A DNA stretch of 64,000 nucleotides from Escherichia coli (GTDB taxonomy: Bacteria; Pseudomonadota; Gammaproteobacteria; Enterobacterales; Enterobacteriaceae): assembly GCF_044647545.1 (NCBI RefSeq), contig NZ_CP172818.1; one strand, written 5' to 3'. The translations under genes and the position numbers were made by a program. Under the pieces are notes generated by a model that saw nothing but the letters and a program-made list of their open reading frames with translations, had not been told where the DNA came from and made no database searches. Below, piece by piece: positions 1-11,100 of this stretch (its first letter is position 1; every line of letters begins with the position of its first letter).

Positions 1-213
1 AGGTTCTCCCAGGCGATGGGCTAATACGTCCGCATGACGGACAACACTAAAGGCGCTACTTAAAATACCAATAAGAGCAAGAAGATTGATGGCAATGACC
101 ACTGGTAGTGTCTGGCTGCTTCCCCACAGGAACAGCACTACCAGCGCCAGAACCGGGAAAATAAGCGAAGTCTCCTTGTGGCGGGTTTTTACCGCCTCTT
201 GAGCATTTGACAT
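1..213 (-). CDS. chaA: Ca2+/H+ antiporter ChaA, N-terminal 71 codons only (gene runs off the window start)
   Basis: Minus-strand translation from the ATG at 211-213 reads MSNAQEAVKTRHKETSLIFPVLALVVLFLWGSSQTLPVV..., matching the ChaA N-terminus; no stop within the window; divergent from chaB. Confidence 0.85.
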   Translation of the reverse strand, partial: MSNAQEAVKTRHKETSLIFPVLALVVLFLWGSSQTLPVVIAINLLALIGILSSAFSVVRHADVLAHRLGEP

Positions 214-482
214 TATGGTTATCCCTTTGCAGATGAATTTATCGAAAATGTAAAAAATAGGTAGGAAAAATAACAGAAAGTGTCTGGATATCGGTAACAT
301 TTTACGAATTTTTACCCCGCTGTCGATTTTTTACTCATCGGGCCATAAAAATAAGCAATGCGTTTAGACAATGTTTGTTTTAGCACTTCTTAAGAAGAGT
401 CTGACATGAAAATTCTTATGTTTTGGCAAGAGTAGATGTTGTTGACCACACTTAATGTTCAACTTTGTAAAAGGAGTCAACG

Positions 483-713
483 ATGCCGTATAAAACGAAA
501 AGCGATCTGCCGGAAAGCGTAAAGCACGTGCTTCCGTCTCATGCTCAGGATATCTATAAAGAAGCGTTCAACAGCGCATGGGATCAATATAAAGATAAAG
601 AAGATCGGCGTGATGACGCCAGTCGCGAAGAAACCGCGCATAAAGTGGCCTGGGCTGCTGTGAAGCATGAATATGCCAAAGGGGATGATGATAAATGGCA
701 TAAAAAATCGTAA
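483..713 (+). CDS. chaB: Cation transport regulator ChaB (76 aa)
   Basis: ORF 483-713 translates to MPYKTKSDLPESVKHVLPSHAQDIYKEAF...; length and sequence fit ChaB; good RBS (aggagt) upstream. Confidence 0.9.
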   Translation: MPYKTKSDLPESVKHVLPSHAQDIYKEAFNSAWDQYKDKEDRRDDASREETAHKVAWAAVKHEYAKGDDDKWHKKS

Positions 714-870
714 AACCGGTAGCTTAGTTAAAGCTATTCGTGCGGTGTTGCCTTGCAAGTGGTCCGTGGATTGCATATTGTCCCGTTAGTGGTTTCAAAA
801 TGAGCAGTAAAAATGTCCGGAAGACACCAAAAAGTTGTCGCAGGGAAGTATGCAGTGGCGGAGGTGTAAG

Positions 871-1566
871 GTGATAACGCGTGATTTCTTGATGAATGCC
901 GATTGTAAAACGGCATTTGGTGCCATTGAAGAATCACTCTTATGGTCAGCAGAGCAACGGGCGGCTTCGCTGGCGGCGACGCTGGCTTGTCGACCTGATG
1001 AGGGACCGGTGTGGATCTTCGGTTATGGATCGTTGATGTGGAATCCGGCACTGGAGTTTACCGAGTCGTGCACCGGTACACTGGTTGGATGGCATCGCGC
1101 GTTTTGCCTGCGCCTGACCGCCGGGCGCGGGACTGCGCACCAGCCGGGACGGATGCTTGCACTGAAAGAGGGCGGACGCACCACAGGCGTCGCCTATCGA
1201 CTGCCAGAAGAGACGCTGGAGCAGGAACTAACCCTGTTGTGGAAGCGCGAGATGATTACCGGCTGTTATCTGCCAACCTGGTGTCAGCTTGATCTTGATG
1301 ATGGACGCACAGTAAACGCCATTGTGTTTATTATGGACCCGCGACATCCAGAATATGAATCTGACACTCGCGCTCAGGTCATCGCGCCGTTGATTGCGGC
1401 GGCGAGCGGTCCGCTGGGAACCAATGCACAATACCTGTTTTCACTGGAACAGGAGCTTATCAAACTGGGAATGCAGGACGATGGGCTGAATGATTTGCTG
1501 GTATCGGTAAAAAAACTGCTGGCGGAGAATTATCCGGATGCTGTGTTACGGCCGGGATTCGCCTGA
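871..1566 (+). CDS. chaC: Glutathione-specific gamma-glutamylcyclotransferase ChaC (231 aa, GTG start)
   Basis: ORF 835-1566; the known 231-aa product begins at the in-frame GTG at 871 (MITRDFLMNADCKTAFG...). Confidence 0.85.
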   Translation: MITRDFLMNADCKTAFGAIEESLLWSAEQRAASLAATLACRPDEGPVWIFGYGSLMWNPALEFTESCTGTLVGWHRAFCLRLTAGRGTAHQPGRMLALKEGGRTTGVAYRLPEETLEQELTLLWKREMITGCYLPTWCQLDLDDGRTVNAIVFIMDPRHPEYESDTRAQVIAPLIAAASGPLGTNAQYLFSLEQELIKLGMQDDGLNDLLVSVKKLLAENYPDAVLRPGFA

Positions 1567-1609
1567 GTAAACTTCCCTCATAGTGGGGCGTCAGACGCCC
1601 CCTCAAACA

Positions 1610-1963
1610 TTAAAATGTGAGCACTTTATCGGCTGACAGCGTCCATTGCGCCAGTTCCACAAGAGTACCGATTTCCACCCCATCAATCAGAGGAAGTGTG
1701 CTAATCCCGCGTCCGTCAGTACAGGTTTTGCACAATTTCACCGGTACATTCTGAGCGGTAAGGATCTCCAGCATTTGCTGAATGTTGTAGCCTTCCCCTG
1801 GTTTTTGCCCGCGCAACCCGGCTGTGACCGCATCAGACATCAGGAACAGACGCAGATCCAGATTGTTCTCCTGCTCTCGTAACGCAATGGCCAGCCGCAA
1901 GCTGTTAAACAAGGATTCGCTCCCGTAAGGTGCGCCATTGGCAACGATCACGATTTTTTGCAT
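1610..1963 (-). CDS. ychN: DsrE/YchN-family protein (117 aa)
   Basis: 117-aa minus-strand ORF MQKIVIVANGAPYGSESLFNSLRLAIAL...; expected size and position after chaC. Confidence 0.85.
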   Translation of the reverse strand: MQKIVIVANGAPYGSESLFNSLRLAIALREQENNLDLRLFLMSDAVTAGLRGQKPGEGYNIQQMLEILTAQNVPVKLCKTCTDGRGISTLPLIDGVEIGTLVELAQWTLSADKVLTF

Positions 1964-2011
1964 TATTTACTCCTGTATTCAGGGAATTAGACACTCATCT
2001 TCTATCTTACC

Positions 2012-2138
<127 letters not shown>

Positions 2139-2147
2139 ACCGACGTT

Positions 2148-3542
2148 TTGAGCCGTTTCGTTCCTCGCATTATTCCGTTTTATTTACTCTTGCTGGCGGC
2201 AGGCGGTACAGCTAACGCACAATCTACCTTCGAGCAAAAAGCGGCAAATCCCTTTGATAATAACAATGATGGTCTGCCGGATTTAGGCATGGCACCCGAA
2301 AATCATGATGGGGAAAAACACTTTGCTGAAATTGTGAAAGATTTCGGCGAAACCAGTATGAATGATAACGGGCTGGATACTGGCGAGCAGGCAAAAGCTT
2401 TCGCATTGGGAAAAGTCCGCGACGCGCTTAGTCAACAGGTTAATCAGCACGTTGAGTCGTGGCTATCACCGTGGGGAAATGCCAGTGTTGACGTCAAAGT
2501 GGATAACGAAGGACATTTCACCGGCAGTCGTGGAAGCTGGTTTGTGCCGTTACAAGATAATGATCGTTATCTCACCTGGAGCCAGCTTGGTCTTACTCAG
2601 CAGGATGATGGCTTGGTGAGCAATGTGGGCGTAGGGCAACGCTGGGCGCGCGGCAACTGGCTGGTGGGTTATAACACTTTTTATGACAACTTGCTGGACG
2701 AAAATCTTCAGCGAGCGGGCTTTGGTGCCGAAGCGTGGGGCGAATATTTGCGACTATCGGCAAACTTTTATCAGCCGTTTGCTGCATGGCATGAACAGAC
2801 AGCCACGCAGGAACAACGGATGGCGCGCGGGTACGACCTGACAGCCCGGATGCGCATGCCGTTCTATCAACACCTCAATACCAGTGTCAGCGTAGAACAG
2901 TATTTTGGTGATCGTGTTGATTTGTTTAACTCTGGTACGGGTTATCACAATCCCGTCGCGTTGAGTCTGGGATTAAATTACACCCCTGTGCCCTTAGTCA
3001 CTGTGACGGCCCAGCATAAACAGGGTGAAAGTGGCGAGAATCAAAATAACCTCGGGCTGAATCTTAACTACCGCTTTGGTGTACCGCTCAAAAAACAACT
3101 TTCTGCGGGCGAAGTTGCCGAAAGTCAGTCGTTACGTGGTAGTCGCTATGACAATCCGCAGCGAAATAATCTTCCGACTCTTGAGTACCGACAGCGAAAA
3201 ACCCTAACGGTGTTTCTGGCGACACCGCCGTGGGATCTAAAACCTGGCGAAACAGTGCCGCTGAAATTACAAATCCGCAGTCGTTACGGTATTCGGCAAC
3301 TGATTTGGCAGGGCGATACGCAGATATTAAGTTTGACGCCGGGCGCACAAGCCAACAGCGTGGAGGGCTGGACGCTGATCATGCCTGACTGGCAGAACGG
3401 GGAAGGGGCGAGCAATCACTGGCGATTGTCGGTGGTGGTGGAAGATAACCAGGGGCAGCGTGTCTCCTCCAATGAGATCACGCTAACGCTTGTCGAACCG
3501 TTCGATGCATTGTCAAACGACGAACTGCGCTGGGAACCGTAA
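2148..3542 (+). CDS. ychO: Putative invasin-like outer-membrane protein YchO (464 aa, TTG start with signal peptide)
   Basis: 464-aa ORF with an N-terminal signal-peptide-like segment (IPFYLLLLAAGGTANA); TTG start at 2148; sits between ychN and narL as in K-12. Confidence 0.75.
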   Translation: MSRFVPRIIPFYLLLLAAGGTANAQSTFEQKAANPFDNNNDGLPDLGMAPENHDGEKHFAEIVKDFGETSMNDNGLDTGEQAKAFALGKVRDALSQQVNQHVESWLSPWGNASVDVKVDNEGHFTGSRGSWFVPLQDNDRYLTWSQLGLTQQDDGLVSNVGVGQRWARGNWLVGYNTFYDNLLDENLQRAGFGAEAWGEYLRLSANFYQPFAAWHEQTATQEQRMARGYDLTARMRMPFYQHLNTSVSVEQYFGDRVDLFNSGTGYHNPVALSLGLNYTPVPLVTVTAQHKQGESGENQNNLGLNLNYRFGVPLKKQLSAGEVAESQSLRGSRYDNPQRNNLPTLEYRQRKTLTVFLATPPWDLKPGETVPLKLQIRSRYGIRQLIWQGDTQILSLTPGAQANSVEGWTLIMPDWQNGEGASNHWRLSVVVEDNQGQRVSSNEITLTLVEPFDALSNDELRWEP

Positions 3543-4193
3543 TCAGAAAATGCGCTCCTGATGCACCCATACCGCTGCTTCCACGCGAGACTTGAGCTTC
3601 ATTTTCTTCAGCATGTGCTTGACGTGCACTTTTACTGTGCTTTCGGTGATATCCAGGCGGCGGGCAATCATCTTGTTCGGCAAACCCTGGGCAATCAGCT
3701 TGAGAATATCGCGCTCGCGTGGGGTTAACTGGTTAACGTCGCGCTCAGTAGTGGCACGGTTTGCGCGCAAGCTGGCGGCCAGAACAGGCGTTAATGCTTC
3801 GCTTAATACCATTTCGCCAGCAGCTGCCTGATGTAACGCTTTCAGCAGATCTTCCGGTTCCATATCTTTTAACAGATAGCCATCCGCGCCGCGTTTCAGT
3901 GCGGTGACCACATCTTCTTCATGGTTAGAGACGCTGAATACCACAATGCGCCCTGAGAGGGACTTTTCGCGGAGTTTATCCAGCGTTTCCAGACCATTCA
4001 TGCCGGGCATATTGAGATCTAACAGGATCAGATCGGGATCAAGAGATTCCGCCAGTTCAATACCCTGTTCGCCATTACTCGCTTCGCCAACCACGGTGAT
4101 ATCTGGTGCCATACTGATAAGCTGTTTTACGCCAGTTCGCAGCATCGGGTGATCGTCGATCAGCAGGATAGTAGCCGGTTCCTGATTACTCAT
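3543..4193 (-). CDS. narL: Nitrate/nitrite response regulator NarL (216 aa)
   Basis: Minus ORF 3543-4307 contains [25 protein letters not shown]... from the ATG at 4193; receiver domain plus LuxR-type HTH; overlaps the narX stop by 8 bp. Confidence 0.95.
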
Positions 4194-5982
4194 GGGTATC
4201 TCCTTGGACGTCTGTGAAAGTTTTTTCGGGAATAAAGGTGACAACCACTTCGGTGCCACCTGATTCACGACGGCGGACGCGGCAATCGCCTCGTAAACTT
4301 TGCGCACGGTCGCGCATTATTATCATGCCGTAGTGATTGCTGCGGATGGCATTTTCAGGCACGCCGCAGCCGTTATCCTGGACGGTCAGTTTGACCTGAT
4401 TATCGTTTTGCGCCACCGTCACCACGACCTCACTCGCTTGCGAATGTTTGAGGGCGTTACTTAATGCCTCACGGGCAATTTGCAACAAGTGGATTGCCTG
4501 ATGCGAAGGCACCAGACGAGGCGGCAATTGATAATCCAGCTTCACCGGGAAGCCAAATTTGGCGCTGTACTCTTCGCAACTCGCCTCCAGCGCCGGACGT
4601 AATCCAGGCTCGGTGAGCTGCAAGCGGAATGTGGTGAGCAATTCACGCAACTGCGCCCAGGATGCATTCAGTTCGTTACGGATCTGACTTAACAGTTCGC
4701 GGCTGCTTTCTGGCAGCGCATCGCCCTGCATCTGTAAACAACTCACCTGCATCTTCATGCAAGAGAGAGATTGGGCAATAGAATCATGCAGTTCGCGCGC
4801 AATGGTGGCACGCTCTTCCATCACGATCAACTGTTGCTGACGTTCCTGATGCCGATCCAGCGCCAGCGTGGCGGTGAGTTGTTCAACCAGGGTATCCACC
4901 AGTTGTTGTTGATCATGGCTAAGATGACGCCCCTGCGGCAGGGTCGCCAGCAAAATACCGTACTGCGTATGAGAGTCAGCCAGCCGCCACTTCAGGGTTG
5001 TACCGCGATCGCCAACGGGTAATACGCCGCGCGGGCAGAGCTGGCAGCCTTTATCATCACAAGTCATATCTGGCTGGCAGGTAAACTCCTGATGATTCTC
5101 TTCATCATCAGTATCATAAACCCGCAGTTCGATATCACGTAGCAGGGTTAAATTCTGTAAGCCGTTGAGTACCGGTGACAGGCGTTCACACAGCGGGGCG
5201 CGGGAATGCAAACGGCGGTTAGCCTGCCATAAAAAAGAGAGGATCTGATTTTTATGCTCCAGCCCGGCAGTTTTCTCCTGAACCCGCTGCTCAAGTACGG
5301 CATAACTTTCGGCCAGTTCTGCAGACATATTGTTCAATGCAGTTCCAAGCATCGCCATTTCGTTGCGCCCGCTGATGTTTGCGCGTTGGGTAAAATCGCG
5401 ATGGCTGACGGCACTCGCCATTGCCAGCAGTTGCCGCCACGGTTGTAGCAGTCGCGCCCGCAACCAGATAATAGTGAACACCAGTAAAAGTGCCATAAAT
5501 ACCGCCATTACCCGATGGACCAGTACCACTGTCTCAATGCGCATTTCCGTGGTGCGGTCAAAACCAGATACCAGCTGATCAAGCCCGGCAACAAACTGGC
5601 TGACATCCGCTGACACCGTTTCGCGGTTTTGTGCACGCATCAGCGCAGGGATCAGTTCATTACGCCAGTAATCTTGTAAACCCTGTAATTGCGCCAGTTG
5701 TCCGTCTCGTTCCGCTGCTCGAGTCAACTCGGCGCTAAATGCCGTTTGTTCCATTTCTTTAATTAAGGGCTTGTCTTTCTCGCTTAATGGCACTGCCGCC
5801 AACAGACGGTAACTTTGCATGCGCAGTGATCCCGCTTTGTTGATCGCATGGGCGCTGCCCTGAACGCCTTGCACTAGCCAGCCAGAAACTGCCATCCCTG
5901 CCAGTCCAATAGCAGTAGAAAGCAACACAATAAGCGCAACCTGATTAACCAGGGTGAGCGGAGAGAGACAACGTTTAAGCAT
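4186..5982 (-). CDS. narX: Nitrate/nitrite sensor histidine kinase NarX (598 aa)
   Basis: 598-aa [37 protein letters not shown]... with HAMP and histidine-kinase regions; classic narXL arrangement. Confidence 0.95.
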
Positions 5983-6247
5983 GTAAACCTCTTCCTTCAG
6001 GCTTTAAATGAGCAATAACCTTAATGAATGTGACGATACATTCTGGAATGGCAGTATTCTCGGCTATTGGCTGAAGTATACCCATACCCGGAAAGAGTTA
6101 CTCCTTATTTGCCGCGTGGTTAGTCGCTTTACATCGGTAAGGGTAGGGATTTTACAGCACCGTGAAAAATCTCATAATTTTTATGAAATCACTGTACTCA
6201 CTATGGGTAATGATAAATATCAATGATAGATAAAGTTATCTTATCGT

Positions 6248-6261
6248 TTGATTTACATCAA
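6248..6261 (+). promoter_or_regulatory. FNR-type binding site (TTGAT-N4-ATCAA) in the narK promoter
   Basis: Sequence ttgatttacatcaa at 6248-6261 matches the FNR half-site consensus; lies about 60 bp upstream of the narK start. Confidence 0.6.
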
Positions 6262-6320
6262 ATTGCCTTTAGCTACAGACACTAAGGTGGCAGACATCGA
6301 AACGAGTATCAGAGGTGTCT

Positions 6321-7712
6321 ATGAGTCACTCATCCGCCCCCGAAAGGGCTACTGGAGCTGTCATTACAGATTGGCGACCGGAAGATCCTGCGTTCTGGCA
6401 GCAACGCGGTCAACGTATTGCCAGCCGCAACCTGTGGATTTCCGTTCCCTGTCTGCTGCTGGCGTTTTGCGTATGGATGTTGTTCAGCGCTGTTGCGGTG
6501 AACTTACCGAAAGTCGGTTTTAATTTTACGACCGATCAGCTATTTATGTTGACTGCGCTGCCTTCGGTTTCTGGCGCGTTATTACGTGTTCCATACTCCT
6601 TTATGGTTCCTATCTTCGGTGGTCGTCGCTGGACGGCGTTCAGCACCGGTATTCTGATTATTCCTTGCGTCTGGCTGGGTTTTGCCGTGCAGGATACCGC
6701 CACGCCTTATAGCGTCTTCATCATCATCTCTCTGCTGTGCGGCTTTGCTGGCGCGAACTTCGCATCCAGTATGGCAAACATCAGCTTCTTCTTTCCGAAA
6801 CAGAAGCAGGGTGGCGCGCTGGGTCTGAATGGTGGTCTGGGCAACATGGGCGTCAGCGTCATGCAGTTGGTTGCTCCGCTGGTGGTATCACTGTCGATTT
6901 TCGCAGTATTTGGTAGCCAGGGTGTCAAACAGCCGGATGGGACTGAGCTGTATCTGGCGAATGCGTCCTGGGTATGGGTGCCGTTCCTTGCCATCTTCAC
7001 CATTGCGGCGTGGTTTGGCATGAACGATCTTGCTACCTCGAAAGCCTCCATCAAGGAGCAGTTGCCGGTACTCAAACGGGGTCATCTGTGGATTATGAGC
7101 ATGCTGTATCTGGCAACCTTCGGCTCCTTCATCGGCTTCTCCGCGGGCTTTGCGATGCTGTCAAAAACGCAGTTCCCGGATGTTCAGATTCTGCAATACG
7201 CTTTCTTCGGGCCGTTTATTGGTGCGCTGGCGCGTTCTGCAGGTGGTGCATTATCTGACCGTCTGGGCGGAACTCGTGTCACGCTGGTGAACTTTATCCT
7301 GATGGCGATTTTCAGCGGCCTGCTGTTCCTGACCTTACCGACTGACGGACAGGGCGGAAGCTTCATGGCGTTCTTCGCAGTCTTCCTGGCGCTGTTCCTG
7401 ACAGCTGGGCTGGGTAGTGGTTCCACTTTCCAGATGATTTCCGTGATCTTCCGTAAACTGACAATGGATCGCGTGAAAGCAGAAGGGGGTTCTGACGAAC
7501 GTGCGATGCGTGAAGCGGCAACCGACACGGCGGCGGCGCTGGGTTTCATCTCTGCGATTGGCGCGATTGGTGGCTTCTTTATCCCGAAAGCGTTTGGTAG
7601 CTCGCTGGCATTAACGGGTTCGCCAGTCGGCGCAATGAAAGTATTTTTGATTTTCTATATCGCCTGCGTGGTGATTACCTGGGCGGTATATGGTCGGCAT
7701 TCTAAAAAATAA
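6321..7712 (+). CDS. narK: Nitrate/nitrite transporter NarK (463 aa, MFS)
   Basis: ORF 6315-7712; the known N-terminus MSHSSAPERATGAVITDWRPEDP begins at 6321. Confidence 0.95.
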   Translation: MSHSSAPERATGAVITDWRPEDPAFWQQRGQRIASRNLWISVPCLLLAFCVWMLFSAVAVNLPKVGFNFTTDQLFMLTALPSVSGALLRVPYSFMVPIFGGRRWTAFSTGILIIPCVWLGFAVQDTATPYSVFIIISLLCGFAGANFASSMANISFFFPKQKQGGALGLNGGLGNMGVSVMQLVAPLVVSLSIFAVFGSQGVKQPDGTELYLANASWVWVPFLAIFTIAAWFGMNDLATSKASIKEQLPVLKRGHLWIMSMLYLATFGSFIGFSAGFAMLSKTQFPDVQILQYAFFGPFIGALARSAGGALSDRLGGTRVTLVNFILMAIFSGLLFLTLPTDGQGGSFMAFFAVFLALFLTAGLGSGSTFQMISVIFRKLTMDRVKAEGGSDERAMREAATDTAAALGFISAIGAIGGFFIPKAFGSSLALTGSPVGAMKVFLIFYIACVVITWAVYGRHSKK

Positions 7713-7732
7713 ATCTAATATTTGATTATCCT

Positions 7733-7761
7733 TTGCGCGGCATGATGTCGCGCTTTTTTTA
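7733..7761 (+). terminator. Rho-independent terminator after narK
   Basis: GC hairpin gcgcgg-catgatgt-cgcgc followed by a T7 run (ctttttttatt). Confidence 0.6.
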
Positions 7762-7835
7762 TTCGTCATTTAGTTACAACATACTCATATTATATGGCTT
7801 ATTTCGCCGGATTTCATTAAGAGCCATTAATATGT

Positions 7836-7865
7836 TACCCATGGGGAATACTCCTTAATACCCAT
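7836..7865 (+). promoter_or_regulatory. Cluster of NarL heptamer-like sites (TACCCAT / TACTCCT) in the narG upstream region
   Basis: tacccat at 7836-7842, tactcct at 7849-7855 and tacccat at 7859-7865, about 250 bp upstream of narG, consistent with the known distal NarL-binding region. Confidence 0.5.
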
Positions 7866-7998
7866 CTGCATAAAAATCTTAATAGTTTAAATAACTACAG
7901 GTATAAAACATCTTAATTTACAGCGTGTTATGCTGTAACTGCTAATTATCCTAAAGGGGTATCTTAGGAATTTACTTTATTTTTCATCCCCATCACTC

Positions 7999-8012
7999 TT
8001 GATCGTTATCAA
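7999..8012 (+). promoter_or_regulatory. FNR binding site of the narG promoter (TTGAT-N4-ATCAA)
   Basis: Perfect ttgatcgttatcaa at 7999-8012, about 90 bp upstream of the narG ATG. Confidence 0.7.
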
Positions 8013-8103
8013 TTCTCACGCTGTTTCAGAGCGTTACCTTGCCCTTAAACATTAGCAATGTCGATTTATCAGAGGGCCGACAGGCTCCCACAGGAGAAAA
8101 CCG

Positions 8104-11100
8104 ATGAGTAAATTCCTGGACCGGTTTCGCTACTTCAAACAGAAGGGTGAAACCTTTGCCGATGGGCATGGCCAGCTTCTCAATACCAACCGTGACTGGG
8201 AGGATGGATATCGCCAGCGTTGGCAGCATGACAAAATCGTCCGCTCTACCCACGGGGTAAACTGCACCGGCTCCTGCAGCTGGAAAATCTACGTCAAAAA
8301 CGGTCTGGTGACCTGGGAAACCCAGCAGACTGACTATCCGCGTACTCGCCCGGACCTGCCAAACCATGAACCTCGCGGCTGCCCGCGCGGTGCCAGCTAC
8401 TCCTGGTATCTTTACAGTGCCAACCGCCTGAAATACCCGATGATGCGCAAACGCCTGATGAAAATGTGGCGTGAAGCGAAGGCGCTGCATAGCGATCCGG
8501 TTGAGGCATGGGCTTCTATCATTGAAGACGCCGATAAAGCGAAAAGCTTTAAGCAGGCGCGTGGACGCGGTGGTTTTGTTCGTTCTTCCTGGCAGGAAGT
8601 GAATGAACTGATCGCCGCCTCTAACGTTTACACCATCAAAAACTACGGCCCGGACCGCGTCGCTGGCTTCTCGCCAATTCCGGCAATGTCGATGGTTTCT
8701 TACGCTTCCGGCGCGCGCTATCTCTCGCTGCTTGGCGGTACTTGCTTAAGCTTCTACGACTGGTACTGCGACCTGCCTCCTGCATCTCCGCAAACCTGGG
8801 GCGAGCAGACTGACGTACCGGAATCTGCTGACTGGTACAACTCCAGCTACATCATCGCCTGGGGTTCAAATGTGCCGCAGACGCGTACCCCGGATGCTCA
8901 CTTCTTTACTGAAGTGCGTTACAAAGGGACCAAAACTGTTGCCGTCACACCAGACTACGCTGAAATCGCCAAACTGTGCGATCTGTGGCTGGCACCGAAA
9001 CAGGGCACCGATGCGGCAATGGCGCTGGCAATGGGTCACGTAATGCTGCGTGAATTCCACCTCGACAACCCAAGCCAGTATTTCACCGACTATGTGCGCC
9101 GCTACACCGACATGCCGATGCTGGTGATGCTGGAAGAGCGCGACGGTTACTACGCTGCGGGTCGTATGCTGCGCGCTGCTGATCTGGTGGATGCACTGGG
9201 CCAGGAAAACAATCCGGAATGGAAAACTGTCGCCTTTAATACCAATGGTGAAATGGTTGTGCCGAACGGTTCTATTGGCTTCCGCTGGGGCGAGAAGGGC
9301 AAATGGAATCTTGAGCAGCGCGACGGCAAAACTGGCGAAGAAACCGAGCTGCAACTGAGCCTGCTGGGTAGCCAGGATGAGATCGCTGAGGTGGGCTTCC
9401 CGTACTTTGGTGGCGATGGCACGGAACACTTCAACAAAGTGGAACTGGAAAACGTGCTGCTGCATAAGCTACCGGTGAAACGCCTGCAACTGGCTGATGG
9501 CAGCACCGCCCTGGTGACCACCGTTTATGATCTGACACTGGCAAACTACGGTCTGGAACGTGGCCTGAACGACGTTAACTGTGCAACCAGCTATGACGAT
9601 GTGAAAGCTTACACTCCGGCGTGGGCCGAGCAAATCACTGGCGTTTCTCGTAGCCAGATTATCCGTATTGCCCGTGAATTTGCCGATAACGCTGACAAGA
9701 CGCACGGTCGTTCGATGATTATCGTCGGTGCGGGGCTGAACCACTGGTATCACCTCGATATGAACTATCGTGGTCTGATCAACATGCTGATTTTCTGCGG
9801 CTGTGTCGGTCAGAGCGGGGGCGGCTGGGCGCACTATGTAGGTCAGGAAAAACTGCGTCCGCAAACCGGCTGGCAGCCGCTGGCGTTTGCCCTTGACTGG
9901 CAGCGTCCGGCGCGTCACATGAACAGCACTTCTTATTTCTATAACCACTCCAGCCAGTGGCGTTATGAAACCGTCACGGCGGAAGAGTTGCTGTCACCGA
10001 TGGCGGATAAATCCCGTTATACCGGACACCTGATCGACTTTAACGTCCGTGCGGAACGCATGGGCTGGCTGCCGTCTGCACCGCAGTTAGGCACTAACCC
10101 GCTGACTATCGCTGGCGAAGCGGAAAAAGCCGGGATGAATCCGGTGGACTATACGGTGAAATCCCTGAAAGAGGGTTCTATCCGTTTCGCTGCGGAACAG
10201 CCGGAAAACGGTAAAAACCACCCGCGTAATCTGTTCATCTGGCGTTCTAACCTGCTCGGTTCTTCCGGTAAAGGTCATGAGTTTATGCTCAAGTACCTGC
10301 TGGGGACGGAGCACGGTATCCAGGGCAAAGATCTGGGGCAGCAGGGCGGCGTGAAGCCGGAAGAAGTGGACTGGCAGGACAACGGTCTGGAAGGCAAGCT
10401 GGATCTGGTGGTGACGCTGGACTTCCGTCTGTCGAGCACCTGTCTCTATTCCGACATCATTTTGCCGACGGCGACCTGGTACGAAAAAGACGACATGAAT
10501 ACTTCGGATATGCATCCGTTTATTCACCCGCTGTCTGCGGCGGTCGATCCGGCCTGGGAAGCGAAAAGCGATTGGGAAATCTACAAAGCCATCGCGAAGA
10601 AATTCTCCGAAGTGTGCGTCGGCCATCTGGGTAAAGAAACCGACATCGTCACGCTGCCTATCCAGCACGACTCTGCCGCTGAACTGGCGCAGCCGCTGGA
10701 TGTGAAAGACTGGAAAAAAGGCGAATGCGACCTGATCCCAGGTAAAACTGCACCGCACATTATGGTCGTAGAGCGCGATTATCCGGCGACTTACGAACGC
10801 TTTACCTCTATCGGCCCGCTGATGGAGAAAATCGGTAATGGCGGTAAAGGGATTGCCTGGAACACCCAGAGCGAGATGGATCTGCTGCGTAAGCTCAACT
10901 ACACCAAAGCGGAAGGTCCGGCAAAAGGTCAGCCGATGCTCAATACCGCAATTGATGCAGCAGAGATGATCCTGACGCTGGCACCGGAAACCAATGGTCA
11001 GGTAGCTGTAAAAGCCTGGGCTGCCCTGAGCGAGTTTACCGGTCGTGACCATACGCATCTGGCGCTGAATAAAGAAGACGAGAAGATCCGCTTCCGCGAT

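Noticed and set aside
1585-1602. GC hairpin between convergent chaC and ychN, as a possible terminator
   Set aside because: The stem is present (ggggcgtc-a-gacgcccc) but there is no U tract on either strand, so intrinsic-terminator status is unsupported. It may be Rho-dependent or purely structural.
3543-4307. Long N-terminal extensions in the ORF track (e.g. narL 254 aa, oppA 567 aa, topA 879 aa, chaC 243 aa, rssA 314 aa)
   Set aside because: These reflect the first possible start after an upstream stop. The recognisable N-termini and expected protein lengths place the true starts at internal ATG/GTG codons, as given in the feature list.
6008-6523. Short plus-strand ORFs (72 and 91 aa) overlapping the narK promoter and narK 5' end
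   Set aside because: They overlap the narX-narK regulatory region and the true narK frame, have no RBS and show no protein-like composition.
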